Shown: positions 46,501 to 57,709 of the stretch, piece by piece
Numbering within the stretch: position 1 is the first letter of the stretch
Layout of the letters: the number at the start of each line of letters is the position of its first letter
DNA from: Nemertoderma westbladi
Taxonomy: Eukaryota; Animalia; Xenacoelomorpha
Assembly: GCA_032718475.1 (NCBI GenBank)
Contig: JAUCBJ010000989.1
Coordinates: 49,339 to 113,338 of the forward strand
DNA: 64,000 bases
Reading direction: 5' to 3'
Program-made: the position numbers and the translations under genes
Notes under the pieces: model-generated
What the model was told of the DNA's origin: nothing
Databases searched by the model: none
Seen by the model: only the letters and a program-made list of their open reading frames with translations

Positions 46501-49500
46501 GAGAGAAGACACCGGAAAACAAGGTAAGTGAAAAACCCGTCTCTAGGAGAAAGGTAACACCAGTGTGTTATACAGACGACGGCGAAAGCCAGACTTCTCA
46601 AGGAGAAGATAGCGGGAAAGACACTGATAGATCTTATTATGTCAATAAAATGCCTAAAGATCAGGTAAGTAAATTCAAGTCTCGAGCAAATGACAGGAGA
46701 GAACAGGTAAGAAAAACTCCTCCCACGTCTCCCAAGAGAATTCCGGTGAGAAAGCCCGAAGAAAAGGCAAGTGTACACAATGTGACTCAGATTAAGGTGA
46801 GTAACATCAAACCAAAATGTGCGCTATGTGATGGGACCCATCGCTTGAATATGTGTGATGAATTTCTAAAGAAATCATTAACTGAGAGACGTGAAGTCAT
46901 GTGGGACAAGCGGTTGTGTTATAATTGCCTCAGACAAGGACATCAACGGCGAACCTGTTACTCAGACATAAGGTGTGCAAAGTGTGGTGCGAAACATCAT
47001 ATCTTGTTGCACGCTGAATTCGATCGAAATAGTCCTAATCAGGTAAGTGATTCCGAACTACATGTCCAATTCAGTGATGTGAACGACACTGATCAATCTG
47101 AGATGGAAGGATTCTATACGGACGAGTTCTCCGACGAAAACGAATCCTGTTATATGATAAATACCGCAGTGTATCGAGCACTCACATATGAAAAGGATAC
47201 AGACAGCGACTTCACTCTAACTACTTCTGAACGACAACCATCTTGGAAAGAGCCATCTTCCAATGTAGGGATCCGAGAGTTTCCTGTGGTGCAAGTAAGG
47301 GTTCACGGACCTAAGAGGAGTTATGTAGTGAACGCCCTCCTTGACTCCGGTAGTACAGGAACATTCATCGACAAAGAGCTAGCCGAAGATATATTTGCTG
47401 GACAACCCAAGTTCCAAACTAAGCTCAACATGTCCGGCATTATGCAAGTTTGGAAATCTACAATAACAGCGGATTATTATGTAGGAGCGTTGTCCACCCC
47501 CCAGGACGAACTAGGAGAACATAGCATAAGGTCAGTGAAAATGGTGGCTATAAAGAACTTCGCTACTACTCAAGCAGACCTTTATAATTGGGACGAGGAT
47601 GAGAGCATCCAACATCTTAACATACCTCGATTCCAGACTGATTATCCTGGAGTGCAAATACTCATCGGCCAAAACGCGCATGAGGCGCTGGAGACATTAG
47701 AGAAACGGCCTGCTCAACCGCAGCCACTACAGACCTATGCGGTAAGAACTAGAGTAGGTTGGTACTTTACTGGCCCTTCCCGTAGAACACTCAGAGAAAG
47801 ACTACCGCCAGAGAGCGTCTACCAGGTGAGTGAATGGGAAGATGATACTAGTGAGGGAGACGATTTAACTGAGGGAACCCCATACTCCTCAGATAACGAC
47901 GACGTTCACCAGCTTTTTGATGAGGAGAATACCATCGATCTCCTTAAGGAAAACGAGGCTTGGCAAAACCAAGTGAACTTATGTCAACTTCTTTATCCAT
48001 CTGAACGAGAAGCTTATAACGACGAGTTAAATGACGTCATTGAGCGTTGTAATGCCAAGACTCGAGATGAACATGCCGTACGATTCTTTACGCAAGAGGC
48101 GGTAGAGCCCAATTCCTACGATAAAGCCTTGTCGGTGGAAGAGGAAAGGGCCAAGCAGATCCAAGAGACAACTACACGTTTCCTCAAAGATCAAGGTAGG
48201 TATGAAGTCGGTCTACCTTTCCGCAAGAAAGAACCGAAGTTCATCAATAACAGACCCTTGGCGGAAAAAAGAATCGCGCAACTCCATCGACGCCTTACGG
48301 CTAATTCTTCAGCTAAAGCAATGTATCAAACACAGCTGGAGAAATTTATTAGTAAGGGATACGCGGAGAGAGTACCGGAAGAAACACCTGTGACTGAAAG
48401 AACGTATTACTTAACTCACCATTACGTTCCTAAACCCGGTAAGCCACATGAAGTGAGAGTAGTGTTTGATGGCTCCGCTCTTTACATGGGTCAATCCCTT
48501 AACTCTGAATTGTTACCCGGACCCAACTTGCTTCAATCTTTGTTGGGAATTCTTTTAAGATTGAGACAATATTCGATTGCTTTCGCCTCCGATATAGAAG
48601 GCATGTTCTTACAAGTCAAGGTGTTAGATAGGGATCGAGATAGTCTACGATTTCTGTGGTGGCCCGAAGGAGACCTCAACCAGAAACCGGTGGAGTACTG
48701 GATGACCATCCAGGCCTTTGGGATAATCTCAAGCCCTTCCAACGCCTGTTCGGTAGTGCGTACCACTGCAGAGGACAACCGAGAGGCCTTCTCTAAGGAA
48801 GTGATCGACAACATCAAGAGAGACATATACATGGACGACAATCTGAAGTCCCTTCCATCAGTTGAGGAAGCCATTGAGGTCGCTAAAGGAACGGTAGAGT
48901 GCTTAAAAAGAGGTGGGTTTCGATTAACAAAATTCACCAGCAACTCCCGTGAGTTTCTGGAGTCGATCCCTGCGGAAGATCGAGGGGCGAAAGATCTAGA
49001 TTTGATCAAAGATGATCTGCCAGAAACCAAGACACTCGGCTTGAAATGGGACACAGAGCGAGATATTCTGTTTTTCCAGCTAAAACAGCGAGATAATCCA
49101 GTTCGAACCAAACGGATTTGCTTAAGTATACTGAGCACTTATTTCGATCCATTGGGATTTATTAGCCCAGTTATATTGATTGCTCGTAGTTTGGTACAAC
49201 AAATGTGGCTTGAAAACCACTCATGGGACGATCCACTTAAGGGAGAATTATTGAAGAAGTGGATGAAATGGGAAGATTCTCTGCCGGCTATCGAGGATTT
49301 TATAATTTCCCGTTCATATTTTGGTCATGTTCTCCCTACGTATTCCTATCAACTCCATGTGTTTGGAGACGCCAGCGATATGGGAATAGGTATAGTAGCC
49401 TATCTAAGAGTGGAAACTCCGGATGGAATCAAAGTCGCCTTGGTTACTTCTAAGGCATTAATCAACAACAAGTTGAAAGTTCCTCGAGCGGAGTTAAAAG

Positions 49501-51713
49501 CGGCTCTATACGCTACAGCCATCGGCCGGAATGTAACAGAACAGATTGACTATCCATTAGAGAAAACTGTCTATTGGACCGACGCTTTACTCGTGTTAGA
49601 GTATATAACCAATGAAGTCTGTCAGTTCAGCGTCTTCGTTACCAACAGGGTAGCCATCATACTTAGTCGCACGACGATGGACCAATGGAGACATTGCCCC
49701 GGAACGATTAATCCAGCAGACATCGCTTCCAGGGGAGCGACTCCAAAGGAATTGGTAAATACTCCCGAATGGTTAGGAGGACCCGACTTTCTCTACAGAG
49801 AAGAAGAAGAATGGCCTCCCCATCTCACAACAGCAGAGATCAGACAGGCCAAGGGAGCGGAGAAAGTTAAACCCAAAACTCGAGCGAGTAAATCGAAGTT
49901 GTTTAAACCTGCGGTTGATCTATCTGTATTATTTACTTCCGGAGAGGATGCTTTGGATCAGAAACCCACCGCCACGACTAAAGAAGTCTTGGAAATCCGT
50001 GACAAGGATTGGAAATCTGGAATACCAGATATCGCGCAAGGACTCTCACCCCTCTTGCAGAGAGCGATACGTCACTACAGCTCCTGGAATCGGCTCTGTA
50101 AAGCCGTCACCTATTTAAAACGATGTTTTCATCATCGTTACTCCGGGACAAAGACCAATAGTGATGATGCTCCATCAACATCTGCACGAGTCCATGTTGT
50201 TAAAGATCTTCCCCAATACAAGGTATCCGACAGGTTTCTAAAGGAGAAGATCAGTTACCAGGAGCATGATGAAACCAACAAACAGATGCTGAGACTCCTA
50301 CAATGTTATGAGGATTCCGATAAGTATTTCCTGTTGTTAAGAAATCCACAGATGCGCTTAAGGGATCGCTTCTCTAGTACCATGATAGATGGGTTAATAC
50401 GTGTTGGAGGTAGGCTGACCAACGCCCCATTATCCTTTGACACCAAATTTCCCATACTCATTAGAAATCTTGACATACAAATCAAGATGATTGTAGATGT
50501 TCATAGCAAACTGTACCATGCTGGTAGAGAACGAGTTCTGAGCGAAATTCGAACTCGCTACTATTTTTATAAACCCCGTAGGGCTCTGAACCAAGTTCTT
50601 AGGAACTGCATACCCTGTAGGAAAGCATTCAGTAGGCCTTTAACACAGCGAGAGGCAGAATTACCTAGGGAAAGAGTAAGCTTCTATGAACCACCCTTTA
50701 CTAATACCGGTGTGGATTTATTTGGCCCTATTGAAGTATATCGTGCCCGGACTATAGTCAAGAGATGGTGTGTCATCTTCGTTTGTATGACTTGTAGAGC
50801 TATCCATCTCGATATGGTAAACGATCTATCCACCAACAGCTTCGTGTTGAGTTTACGACGACAGATTGCTCGCTTCGGAACCAGTAACACGATGAGATCG
50901 GATAAGGGAACGAACTTCATTGGCGCCAACAACGAAATTCAAGCTTACGTAAAGGACTGGAACAAAAGACAGGTGGACGATCAGCTAAGGATAACAGCGT
51001 CTAGCTGGACCTTCAACGCCGCCGACGCCCCTTGGTGGGGAGGAAGTTGGGAGAGATTGATTAGGAGCGTGAAGACTGCGTTCCACTTTATTGTGCCTTG
51101 TCGCGCTTATCTCACCGACGAACTATTGCGGACGTTAATGGAGGAAATCGCCGCCTATCTCAACGAAAGACCGCTTATGCCAGTCTCTTCAAGTCCTGAT
51201 TCCCTGGAAGCGCTAACACCCGCGCACTTTCTACTGAAGAAACCCGTAGCCATGCTCCCACGATCGGAGATCACAGACGGAGACGAGTACTGCCGTCGAA
51301 CCTGGCAACTTATGCAGTTGCTATCCCGTCGTTTCGCTGACCATTTCGAGAAACATTACCTGCCCACTCTACAACTTCGAACTAAGTGGTTTGCGCAGCA
51401 AGAAAACGTCAGCGCTGGAGACATGGTGCTTATTGTGGACCCCGATCTCCCACGTAAGCGATGGCAAACAGGACGTATCATCGAGACTCATATCTCGAGC
51501 GATGGTTTGGTGCGATCAGTAGAGCTCGTCGTCATGCGACGTAACTTTAAGAAACCAGGGATAGTCTTTGAGACTCAACAGCTCAATCGCCCAGTGGGTC
51601 GTTTATGTTTACTGGAAAGAGACAGAGAGCTCTCCGGAAACTATGGAAGACAAGAAACTCTTCCCACGACCACTTCCCTAATCCAACCGACATCTAGGGA
51701 CTCCCCAACTTAA
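43518..51713 (+). CDS. BEL/Pao gag-pol polyprotein, 2731 aa, intact
   Basis: Long N-terminal extension with AAEAERK repeats, BEL gag (KFNGDEMKWLPF..EKLRYL), three Cys/His knuckles, protease ALLDSGS, RT YMDD, Pao RNase H FGDAS..RAELKAA..WTDA..NPADIASRG, integrase HHCC + DDE. Confidence 0.96.
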   Translation: MSDTKQNLSDSLLDVTICDSDRGVEPSSRKFSSPPTVRKVIPPVVIKEPRLVQHRRSIIGTRAQVKRDKEAAEQQQPASQELTSQRPNSSSSEDTVELTPERGAKMMDAVYSDPLLILPAAVLTRLLIAVEEHQIDWARSQRSTRDSYAGYTREELKSMVESQWNFPGPGLPFDLSEAAWEDIHLMGVAKETIDPAVWKRSAAGYAQGFFSSMERVKGKLFQQPQGPQEQGQLLYQVRERILQIRLILSAFEEASKRRQDTSLQVAVKTWFQRVSLQVQGTAQWKAQLEERSTHGESTDATFSQVESEATAEKPHKRDAIDIYLSDYQRFLGDDELRRRLDGLSPNSEGTQRVLDAIDVEMRAANQAKFDEQLRLTRVQEEQVKKKRIEDRKKAAVVAAEAKRKAVAAEAAAEAKAAEAERKAAAAAAEAKAAEAERKAAEAERKAAEAAAAAEAKAAEAERKAAEAERKAAEAVADAERRATEETTQLELENIQENQDCINKQLTASNMQMMNRSTPKRQGYTSSEEGDTTDTEGKGNRSRLSRRKRTFHRQKLPDLPPAVRRQLNNTNLGSTEPTDQTIKIERLPTIVDEPEIIRPVLEITPSVIDTPVLPETTSKFPLHSTKLPVPRRTAQETVQVLDPERNIHNLSPVVPRPPATTLATPASAVEWVDERRRGMDLLLGQMQETVQQFKGTVRESRLELQEVQQSIALERDKLVNTQRGIPPPSVTMCQPVRSEVSHAQGVEPTRIYTASEVETPIVNPIKGNYRPVDNDIPYRTDHNPRNLYTDNSILNNTMAQESFTRQMARTEARQAVKVGEIVKFNGDEMKWLPFNEYYKDNIQNSVLSNGEKLRYLIECLEGSPKLMALKFIGHPDGLRQVWDTLNIRYGNRNNIAGYLYAKLVAPRKFISSGIIEFSDEIQEICRQLDWLGKSQEYQNAMVIRAVASTLPKGGVGTRWDKKVLYMMEQQRRDPTMADLMSFLDGEVKLQLLKLSREKTPENKVSEKPVSRRKVTPVCYTDDGESQTSQGEDSGKDTDRSYYVNKMPKDQVSKFKSRANDRREQVRKTPPTSPKRIPVRKPEEKASVHNVTQIKVSNIKPKCALCDGTHRLNMCDEFLKKSLTERREVMWDKRLCYNCLRQGHQRRTCYSDIRCAKCGAKHHILLHAEFDRNSPNQVSDSELHVQFSDVNDTDQSEMEGFYTDEFSDENESCYMINTAVYRALTYEKDTDSDFTLTTSERQPSWKEPSSNVGIREFPVVQVRVHGPKRSYVVNALLDSGSTGTFIDKELAEDIFAGQPKFQTKLNMSGIMQVWKSTITADYYVGALSTPQDELGEHSIRSVKMVAIKNFATTQADLYNWDEDESIQHLNIPRFQTDYPGVQILIGQNAHEALETLEKRPAQPQPLQTYAVRTRVGWYFTGPSRRTLRERLPPESVYQVSEWEDDTSEGDDLTEGTPYSSDNDDVHQLFDEENTIDLLKENEAWQNQVNLCQLLYPSEREAYNDELNDVIERCNAKTRDEHAVRFFTQEAVEPNSYDKALSVEEERAKQIQETTTRFLKDQGRYEVGLPFRKKEPKFINNRPLAEKRIAQLHRRLTANSSAKAMYQTQLEKFISKGYAERVPEETPVTERTYYLTHHYVPKPGKPHEVRVVFDGSALYMGQSLNSELLPGPNLLQSLLGILLRLRQYSIAFASDIEGMFLQVKVLDRDRDSLRFLWWPEGDLNQKPVEYWMTIQAFGIISSPSNACSVVRTTAEDNREAFSKEVIDNIKRDIYMDDNLKSLPSVEEAIEVAKGTVECLKRGGFRLTKFTSNSREFLESIPAEDRGAKDLDLIKDDLPETKTLGLKWDTERDILFFQLKQRDNPVRTKRICLSILSTYFDPLGFISPVILIARSLVQQMWLENHSWDDPLKGELLKKWMKWEDSLPAIEDFIISRSYFGHVLPTYSYQLHVFGDASDMGIGIVAYLRVETPDGIKVALVTSKALINNKLKVPRAELKAALYATAIGRNVTEQIDYPLEKTVYWTDALLVLEYITNEVCQFSVFVTNRVAIILSRTTMDQWRHCPGTINPADIASRGATPKELVNTPEWLGGPDFLYREEEEWPPHLTTAEIRQAKGAEKVKPKTRASKSKLFKPAVDLSVLFTSGEDALDQKPTATTKEVLEIRDKDWKSGIPDIAQGLSPLLQRAIRHYSSWNRLCKAVTYLKRCFHHRYSGTKTNSDDAPSTSARVHVVKDLPQYKVSDRFLKEKISYQEHDETNKQMLRLLQCYEDSDKYFLLLRNPQMRLRDRFSSTMIDGLIRVGGRLTNAPLSFDTKFPILIRNLDIQIKMIVDVHSKLYHAGRERVLSEIRTRYYFYKPRRALNQVLRNCIPCRKAFSRPLTQREAELPRERVSFYEPPFTNTGVDLFGPIEVYRARTIVKRWCVIFVCMTCRAIHLDMVNDLSTNSFVLSLRRQIARFGTSNTMRSDKGTNFIGANNEIQAYVKDWNKRQVDDQLRITASSWTFNAADAPWWGGSWERLIRSVKTAFHFIVPCRAYLTDELLRTLMEEIAAYLNERPLMPVSSSPDSLEALTPAHFLLKKPVAMLPRSEITDGDEYCRRTWQLMQLLSRRFADHFEKHYLPTLQLRTKWFAQQENVSAGDMVLIVDPDLPRKRWQTGRIIETHISSDGLVRSVELVVMRRNFKKPGIVFETQQLNRPVGRLCLLERDRELSGNYGRQETLPTTTSLIQPTSRDSPT

Positions 51714-53160
51714 TATCGTTCGGAGTGGGCGTGTGACTCTATTATTTTATATTATTTTATTATTTTTATATTTATGTATGTATTACTATGTAATTTTATT
51801 ATAATCGTTTTATTTAATTTAGTAGAATATTATTTAGCGATTATTTTGTAGAATAGTGCAATATATTCGTGTTTATTACGTACGTAATTACTTATATTAT
51901 ATTTAGTGCGACGGCGAGAAATAATTCTTTTTCTCTTTCCTTACTGTCCGTATTATATTATAAATACGTAACTACAGTAAGATGACATGTCCGTACTTAT
52001 TAAAGTACAATAAAGCCACTACTATATTTAAGTATTATTGGTAGGCAGAGTATTAGGAATGCAAAGTTCAGATCCTCGTGTCTCGGCTAAACCAAGCTCT
52101 GGGTAGACCTTGGAAACGACTTGCCTCTTCACACTGACATTGCTTCGTGCGATATTGCTCTCATACCGTATATTAAATAATACATATAGTAGCGTGATGT
52201 CCCTTTAACAGTAGCGTATAACGCAAAATAAATCTGTTAAACCCTTTGACCATCTGTAATTCTAGTCGATTAAGATATCGCGGCACCCACCGATACACTT
52301 TAAAGACAAATTCTAGAATCAGTGGTTAACGTCCCCAGACAAGTTCTGGAATAAATCGGTGCCCATCTCAAATATTAATTATTTAATATTTGCAAATCTA
52401 ATAAATCAAAATCTGTAAAATTCAGATCCTTCAACAATTCTAGTCAATTAAGATATCGTAGCATTTACCGATATTCTTAAAAAGACAATTGTCATAGAAT
52501 TAAGGATCTTGTGTCCCCAGACATGTTCTAGAATCAAAATATGTCCATTTAATTATCAAATAATAAGATTTCAGGGAATAAATTTAAATTCATGCCTTTT
52601 AATGAATTTAATAAATTGCCATTTTTACGCAATTTATAACATTCCCAAAATTCCATTAATTAATAGATCAAGGGAGCGGAGATTTATTTTATTATGCATA
52701 TGAGTGTGCGAAAGTCTCCCAAACATAGTCAATAGCCGATAAAATTCATAAAGTCATGTATAAAACAGAACATTGACTATTAAAGAATACTATTAAATAA
52801 CATCCCAGATCTGTATGCATTGGAATTACCCTAATTCTACCGCTAGCTTTGCATAATGTCACCATAGCAACAACCACGCTAGAATTAGAATTGAGTTAAA
52901 AGAACAATAGAAAGCTTGTCCCATTGAATAGCATAGGGAATAAATAGCGCACTACTAGTATCCAAGGATACATAATAATACAGTGACATTCTGGAAGGCA
53001 TTGACTAACGGACAAATGGCCCGAATGTGCGTAGTTGTGACCAGTTGTGTGGTATTTGTGAGTTTATAGGTGAATGTTACTGCTAAAGTGTGTTTACAGT
53101 AGCTAGTCGCAATCGTAAAAGTAACCTAACTCTCCAAGGAAAACCTGAAGTACATCTAAG

Positions 53161-53316
53161 CCTTTGGGACGGACAGTTGAGTGACTTGTGCCGGTTATCG
53201 TTGTCGTTGTACGGCTACGTCGTTGGCGAAAGTATAGCGACAGCGGTACATCGGCGCTGAGAATCTCATACTGTCCGGGGGCAAGGGAGAAGTAGGCAGC
53301 GACGCCCGCTCGCCTA
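53161..53316 (+). other. Structured RNA cassette upstream of ORF2 (copy 2)
   Basis: 17-bp stem 53196-53212/53232-53248 with G:U pairs, outer stems, hairpin 53293-53316; ATG 48 nt downstream. Confidence 0.6.
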
Positions 53317-53363
53317 ATAAATATATAAACTCATTATAATATTGGTGAACTCGTATAGCAGAT

Positions 53364-56300
53364 ATGACTGAATTAATAGAAGATGATCTTGGTATCAGGG
53401 AGAGATATATTCTACCTTTACAAGCGTTTGTCGATAGCTTGATACGCGGCGACGCTGATCCAACTACTACGGAGGACGATGGTCGTTATATCGAACCGCC
53501 AATGTCCCAGGAGCAACTTACGCGTGAATTGGACTATAGAAAATTCACATCGTAATGGTACATATATGGACTTCTTGACCACTGGTCATCCTATTGATTT
53601 ACACGACACCGACGATGTCGATACCGAAAGGGAAATGGTTTTATTTAAATATCATACCCAGCGGAGTCGAAACGATAAATCGAGAATAGAACACGAGAAC
53701 TCTATTCGAAATAAGCTCGAAAGAGAAGACGTTGAAGAACCTGATAAACGTAGCGGCTTCAACGAATATCTAGAATTTCTAAGAGAGACCTATCTCAATG
53801 TTGCCAGTCAACAAAACCTCGAAACTCGATATCCCCAAGGTATACATCCAGATCCTATAATGGAACTCAAACGGCTCTATTTTACGATGATGTATCTTAC
53901 CGCCGATCGACCCCTACCTGTCGTTCCAGATAGCTTCGAACAGATGGAGGAATATTGTAAAACTGGAGAGCGATCACCCGCGTTTCCCCTTCAAGACATG
54001 CGTCTTTGGTATTACTGTGACGAATGCCCTAGACCTAACCAGCAGATCGAAAGGCATAAACATCCGCGGAGACGTTGCGCTAAACACAGTTTTACGCGAT
54101 ATACTTATGGGAGTTTCGAGCGAAACCTTTTCGATGTATCACCTACGGTCGCGCGCCTTAAACGATCATTGAACAAACCCATGATCAGAGTTCCGGAATA
54201 CTCGGTCAGACCTCCTCATTCCCAAGTGATACCTCAAACTCTAGATCCTAATAGTATTACGGATCCTCCCGAACTGTACTCACTGTTCAAAGATCTAGTG
54301 TTACCTGAACAGTTGATTGGGGGCACTCCGGTAGTGGGTTCGTTGGATATTCGCCAACCTTACCTTGCTGGACTAGGACGCGGTCAATAATCTAATAATC
54401 ACCGTCAATAATCATCTAATATCACCGTTTAACCCCTACAACCGTCCTGGCCTCCCCCCGATCCAACCTGTAACAGAAGTCGAAGAGAGCGTGATACGAA
54501 ATGCATTGGACGCTATTCGGCAGAAAATCGGAAAGGGAACTTACGATTGCTTGGAGAAACGTAAATTGCAACAACAAATACAAGCGGTGAAAGAACTAGC
54601 TTTACCACAGTTCGATAGAGAAATACAGAATCTAGAGGAGGACATCGAACGTGGACGAACCTACTCCTTGCAGGAATTCCTGGACGAGCGCTTGCAACAA
54701 CAAGCTGAGGAAAATCAGCTCGAGGAGAGACATATAGAGCTGACTGAGAGGGAAGAAGCTGCTTTAGCCCAACCAGAAACTCAAATTCTCGTGACGGATC
54801 TCTATTCCAAAACGATCCTCCACCCCTCGATGGTTCCTCATTTTAAAGACAAGCTCTTTGCTACGGTACAGCCTCAACCGGTTAATACTGATCTTAGATC
54901 TCACGAGCTCATTGCTGACGCTCCTATGATACAACGTCCACCCATCGCGGCTGCTCGTGTCGATGGTGTACTTGTTGAGCCTCCGGACAATAGAGCGGAT
55001 CTAGTCCGTCGCATGGTACACGATGTTAACATACGCGCTAGACCTTTGCCGGACTCATTTTATGGAATTAAGGATCATCCTTATTACGTCAATTTAAAGC
55101 AATATTACATGGTAAAACCAGAAGATCCTACGCATAGTCTGAAGTTTCTACCATTGATCAATCCTCTCGACCTCGTCGAACTCGAACAACTACAAAAACA
55201 TCTAGATCAGCTAGTTAAACTAAACTCATTTCGAAAACCATATAATATTTCCAGAATAGAGAAAGAAATATTACCTCCGTACAATCTTGATGGATTCATT
55301 AAAACTAGATTGGTACACTGGAATCTTGACGTGTTATTCGAGGAAGAAAGAATAAAACGATATGGAGATGTGGAAACCTATACTACACAATGCTTAAAGT
55401 ATAGAGATTTACCCAATGCTAGCGAATGCGCTACTTTGTGGCATCCAGTGGGAATGACTCTCGAAAACGCCACTAAAGAATGGAACGAGACTCTTAACGT
55501 TATCGAGATGTATGGCGTTGTTACTTATGACAACGAAGGTAGCGTTCCGGTGGGAGAAATAGGAACTACGCGAATGATACATATACGAGGACTCGCTGGT
55601 TCTACCCACGTATTCACTCGAGCGTGTTCTGACGTGATTGATTATTCTTTTGAAACTCTTACGGAGATACAAAAGAAACTTCGACATGGACAATTCGAAC
55701 TCGCGCAGCGTTACGTCACCGACACCGAACGCAAACCGGCCATGGGTATCGATGGATCGATGTTACCCCAACCTGTACTCGCAATGTTGTTTAACGAAAG
55801 AATTCTAAAAATCGGCTCAGCTGTTTATGGAGATCTCCAAAACGACTTCCGGAATATGGAGAACATTCCATACCCTTTCGTTGATACTCAGCTGATTGCT
55901 CCTTGGGCCGAAGGCCGAGGTTTCTTTCGCACTATGTATGCCAATACACCCAGCGGCATTACTAAAGTACAACGGACATCCATCGGACATCTTGCCTTTC
56001 AAGAATATGGTTGGAATTTCAAAGTTGGAAATCCTATAAATTACCAGCAAGTATATGGAGATCATTACTCCCGTTTATATTTTGATGGACCATTAACTGC
56101 GCCTGGTGCCGTATATAGCTTTATGAGTGTTCCACTTCGCCCTTCCTTAGCTATATACACGATCTTTGAAAACGCAGCACTTGCCGGTTGGCTAGCCGAT
56201 GTGTGCAGTCGTACCATACGCGCTCACCCGTTAATACTTGGAACTAAACTCGCCAAGTTAGACGAACACAATAAGTTCATACGTTTCGAATGTTTCCGGC

Positions 56301-57631
56301 GCTTTCTGACTCCGTTCCGTAACGTCGATAGTCAGTTCAAAGATCGCGCGCTGACCAAGCTCAGTCTTAGAGACTCAGCTGCGGAGAAACTGAGTAGCGC
56401 TGGATTTGCCGTGTTTCAAGACATTTGTATACAGAACTCACATTCATCCGTTATACAAAGACCCCGAATACCTACAGGTTATTCTGTCGTGGAAATACAG
56501 ACAGTGGGTCCACTTACGGAAACCGACGCACCAACTTCGTCTATGCAGCTGGAGGATGAACCAGTATGCTTGGAATCCGAAGCGATTCAACCTACGGCTT
56601 CTCGGAGCAGTGACAATGATTATGTCATAGAGTGGTATCAAGGTCCACAGCGTCTCACAGCGTACGATTATCGACACGCCAACTACGTTTCCCGAAAACG
56701 TTGTCGATTATGCGCATCGAGAGACCACTTCACTCCTCTAGACTCGAGCGTACCTTGTTCCTATTTCCTCGAACAACCGATGATGGAAATATATTGTGCT
56801 TATTGCCGGCTTAATAACTCTCATATATTTGCCGTCTGCCCACAATTTATGACTCAATGTCACTACTGTCAACTTAAAGGACATGAAAGTTACAATTGTC
56901 CCTTTAATCGCGATTTAGAGAGCGTAGACGAGATGATCACCCTGCGATACATCCGAGCTTGGGAAGCGAACGCCGATTTACATTGCGAATCCCGACATCG
57001 CTATTACCCTGGACGAGCTTACGAGGGAGTTTACGCGTTCCATCCTTATCTATTCGCGTCGATTGAACAGAAAACACGCGTACCAAGTTACGAGTTAATG
57101 AAGCGTGTTGGTGAGTGTATTTCCACCAAGTTTGTCAGGAAATACCTTAGAAACGTTAACCCTAATGATATAACCACATATCACCTGATCAATTTTATCC
57201 GTCAGGACCCTGAGTATGGCGACATCTTTGTGAACTCGCATCCTGAACTACAGGAAATATCTCGGCGACCATATGCATATCGAACCCAAGAACGCGAGCT
57301 GGAGAGAACCATTAAACCGAGAAAGTTCCTCACCACTCACGGTCCACCCACCGCTAGTGTCCAGACGACCCGTCAAGGACCCGTAGGAGCTGCTGTCCTG
57401 AGACGCGCTCTAAAGGCCGTTAGACCTCACTCCGCTGAGGTTGATATTAATCAACCAGGTACTTCGACCGGCGGGTATACCGATCGTAACCCTGCACCTT
57501 CTGATGCAATTATATTGCACCCTTCGCCTAGGAGCTACAGCCCTCCTCGTAAAGTGGCTCGCCCCAAAGAAAAAAGGACTCTTGCTAGCTTTAAAAAACT
57601 GCGTAAACGCCGTCCGCGCAAGAAAGACTAA
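53364..57631 (+). pseudogene. BEL ORF2 (exonuclease-Zn knuckle) disrupted copy
   Basis: 14-nt deletion at ~53548 and 28-nt insertion at ~54387 relative to copy 1; the remaining 54491-57631 frame is open and includes the exonuclease and knuckle motifs. Confidence 0.88.
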
Positions 57632-57709
57632 CTGTTTAGAGTATTTATGTATATTAGAAATTGTGATTTTGTATATTTTATAGACTTAAATCCCATTTTC
57701 TGGGAGCGG

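Noticed and set aside
53161-53316. Hammerhead or HDV-like ribozyme
   Set aside because: GAAA and CTGAGAA are present but not in the CUGAnGA...GAAA topology, and I could not build the HDV double pseudoknot by eye.
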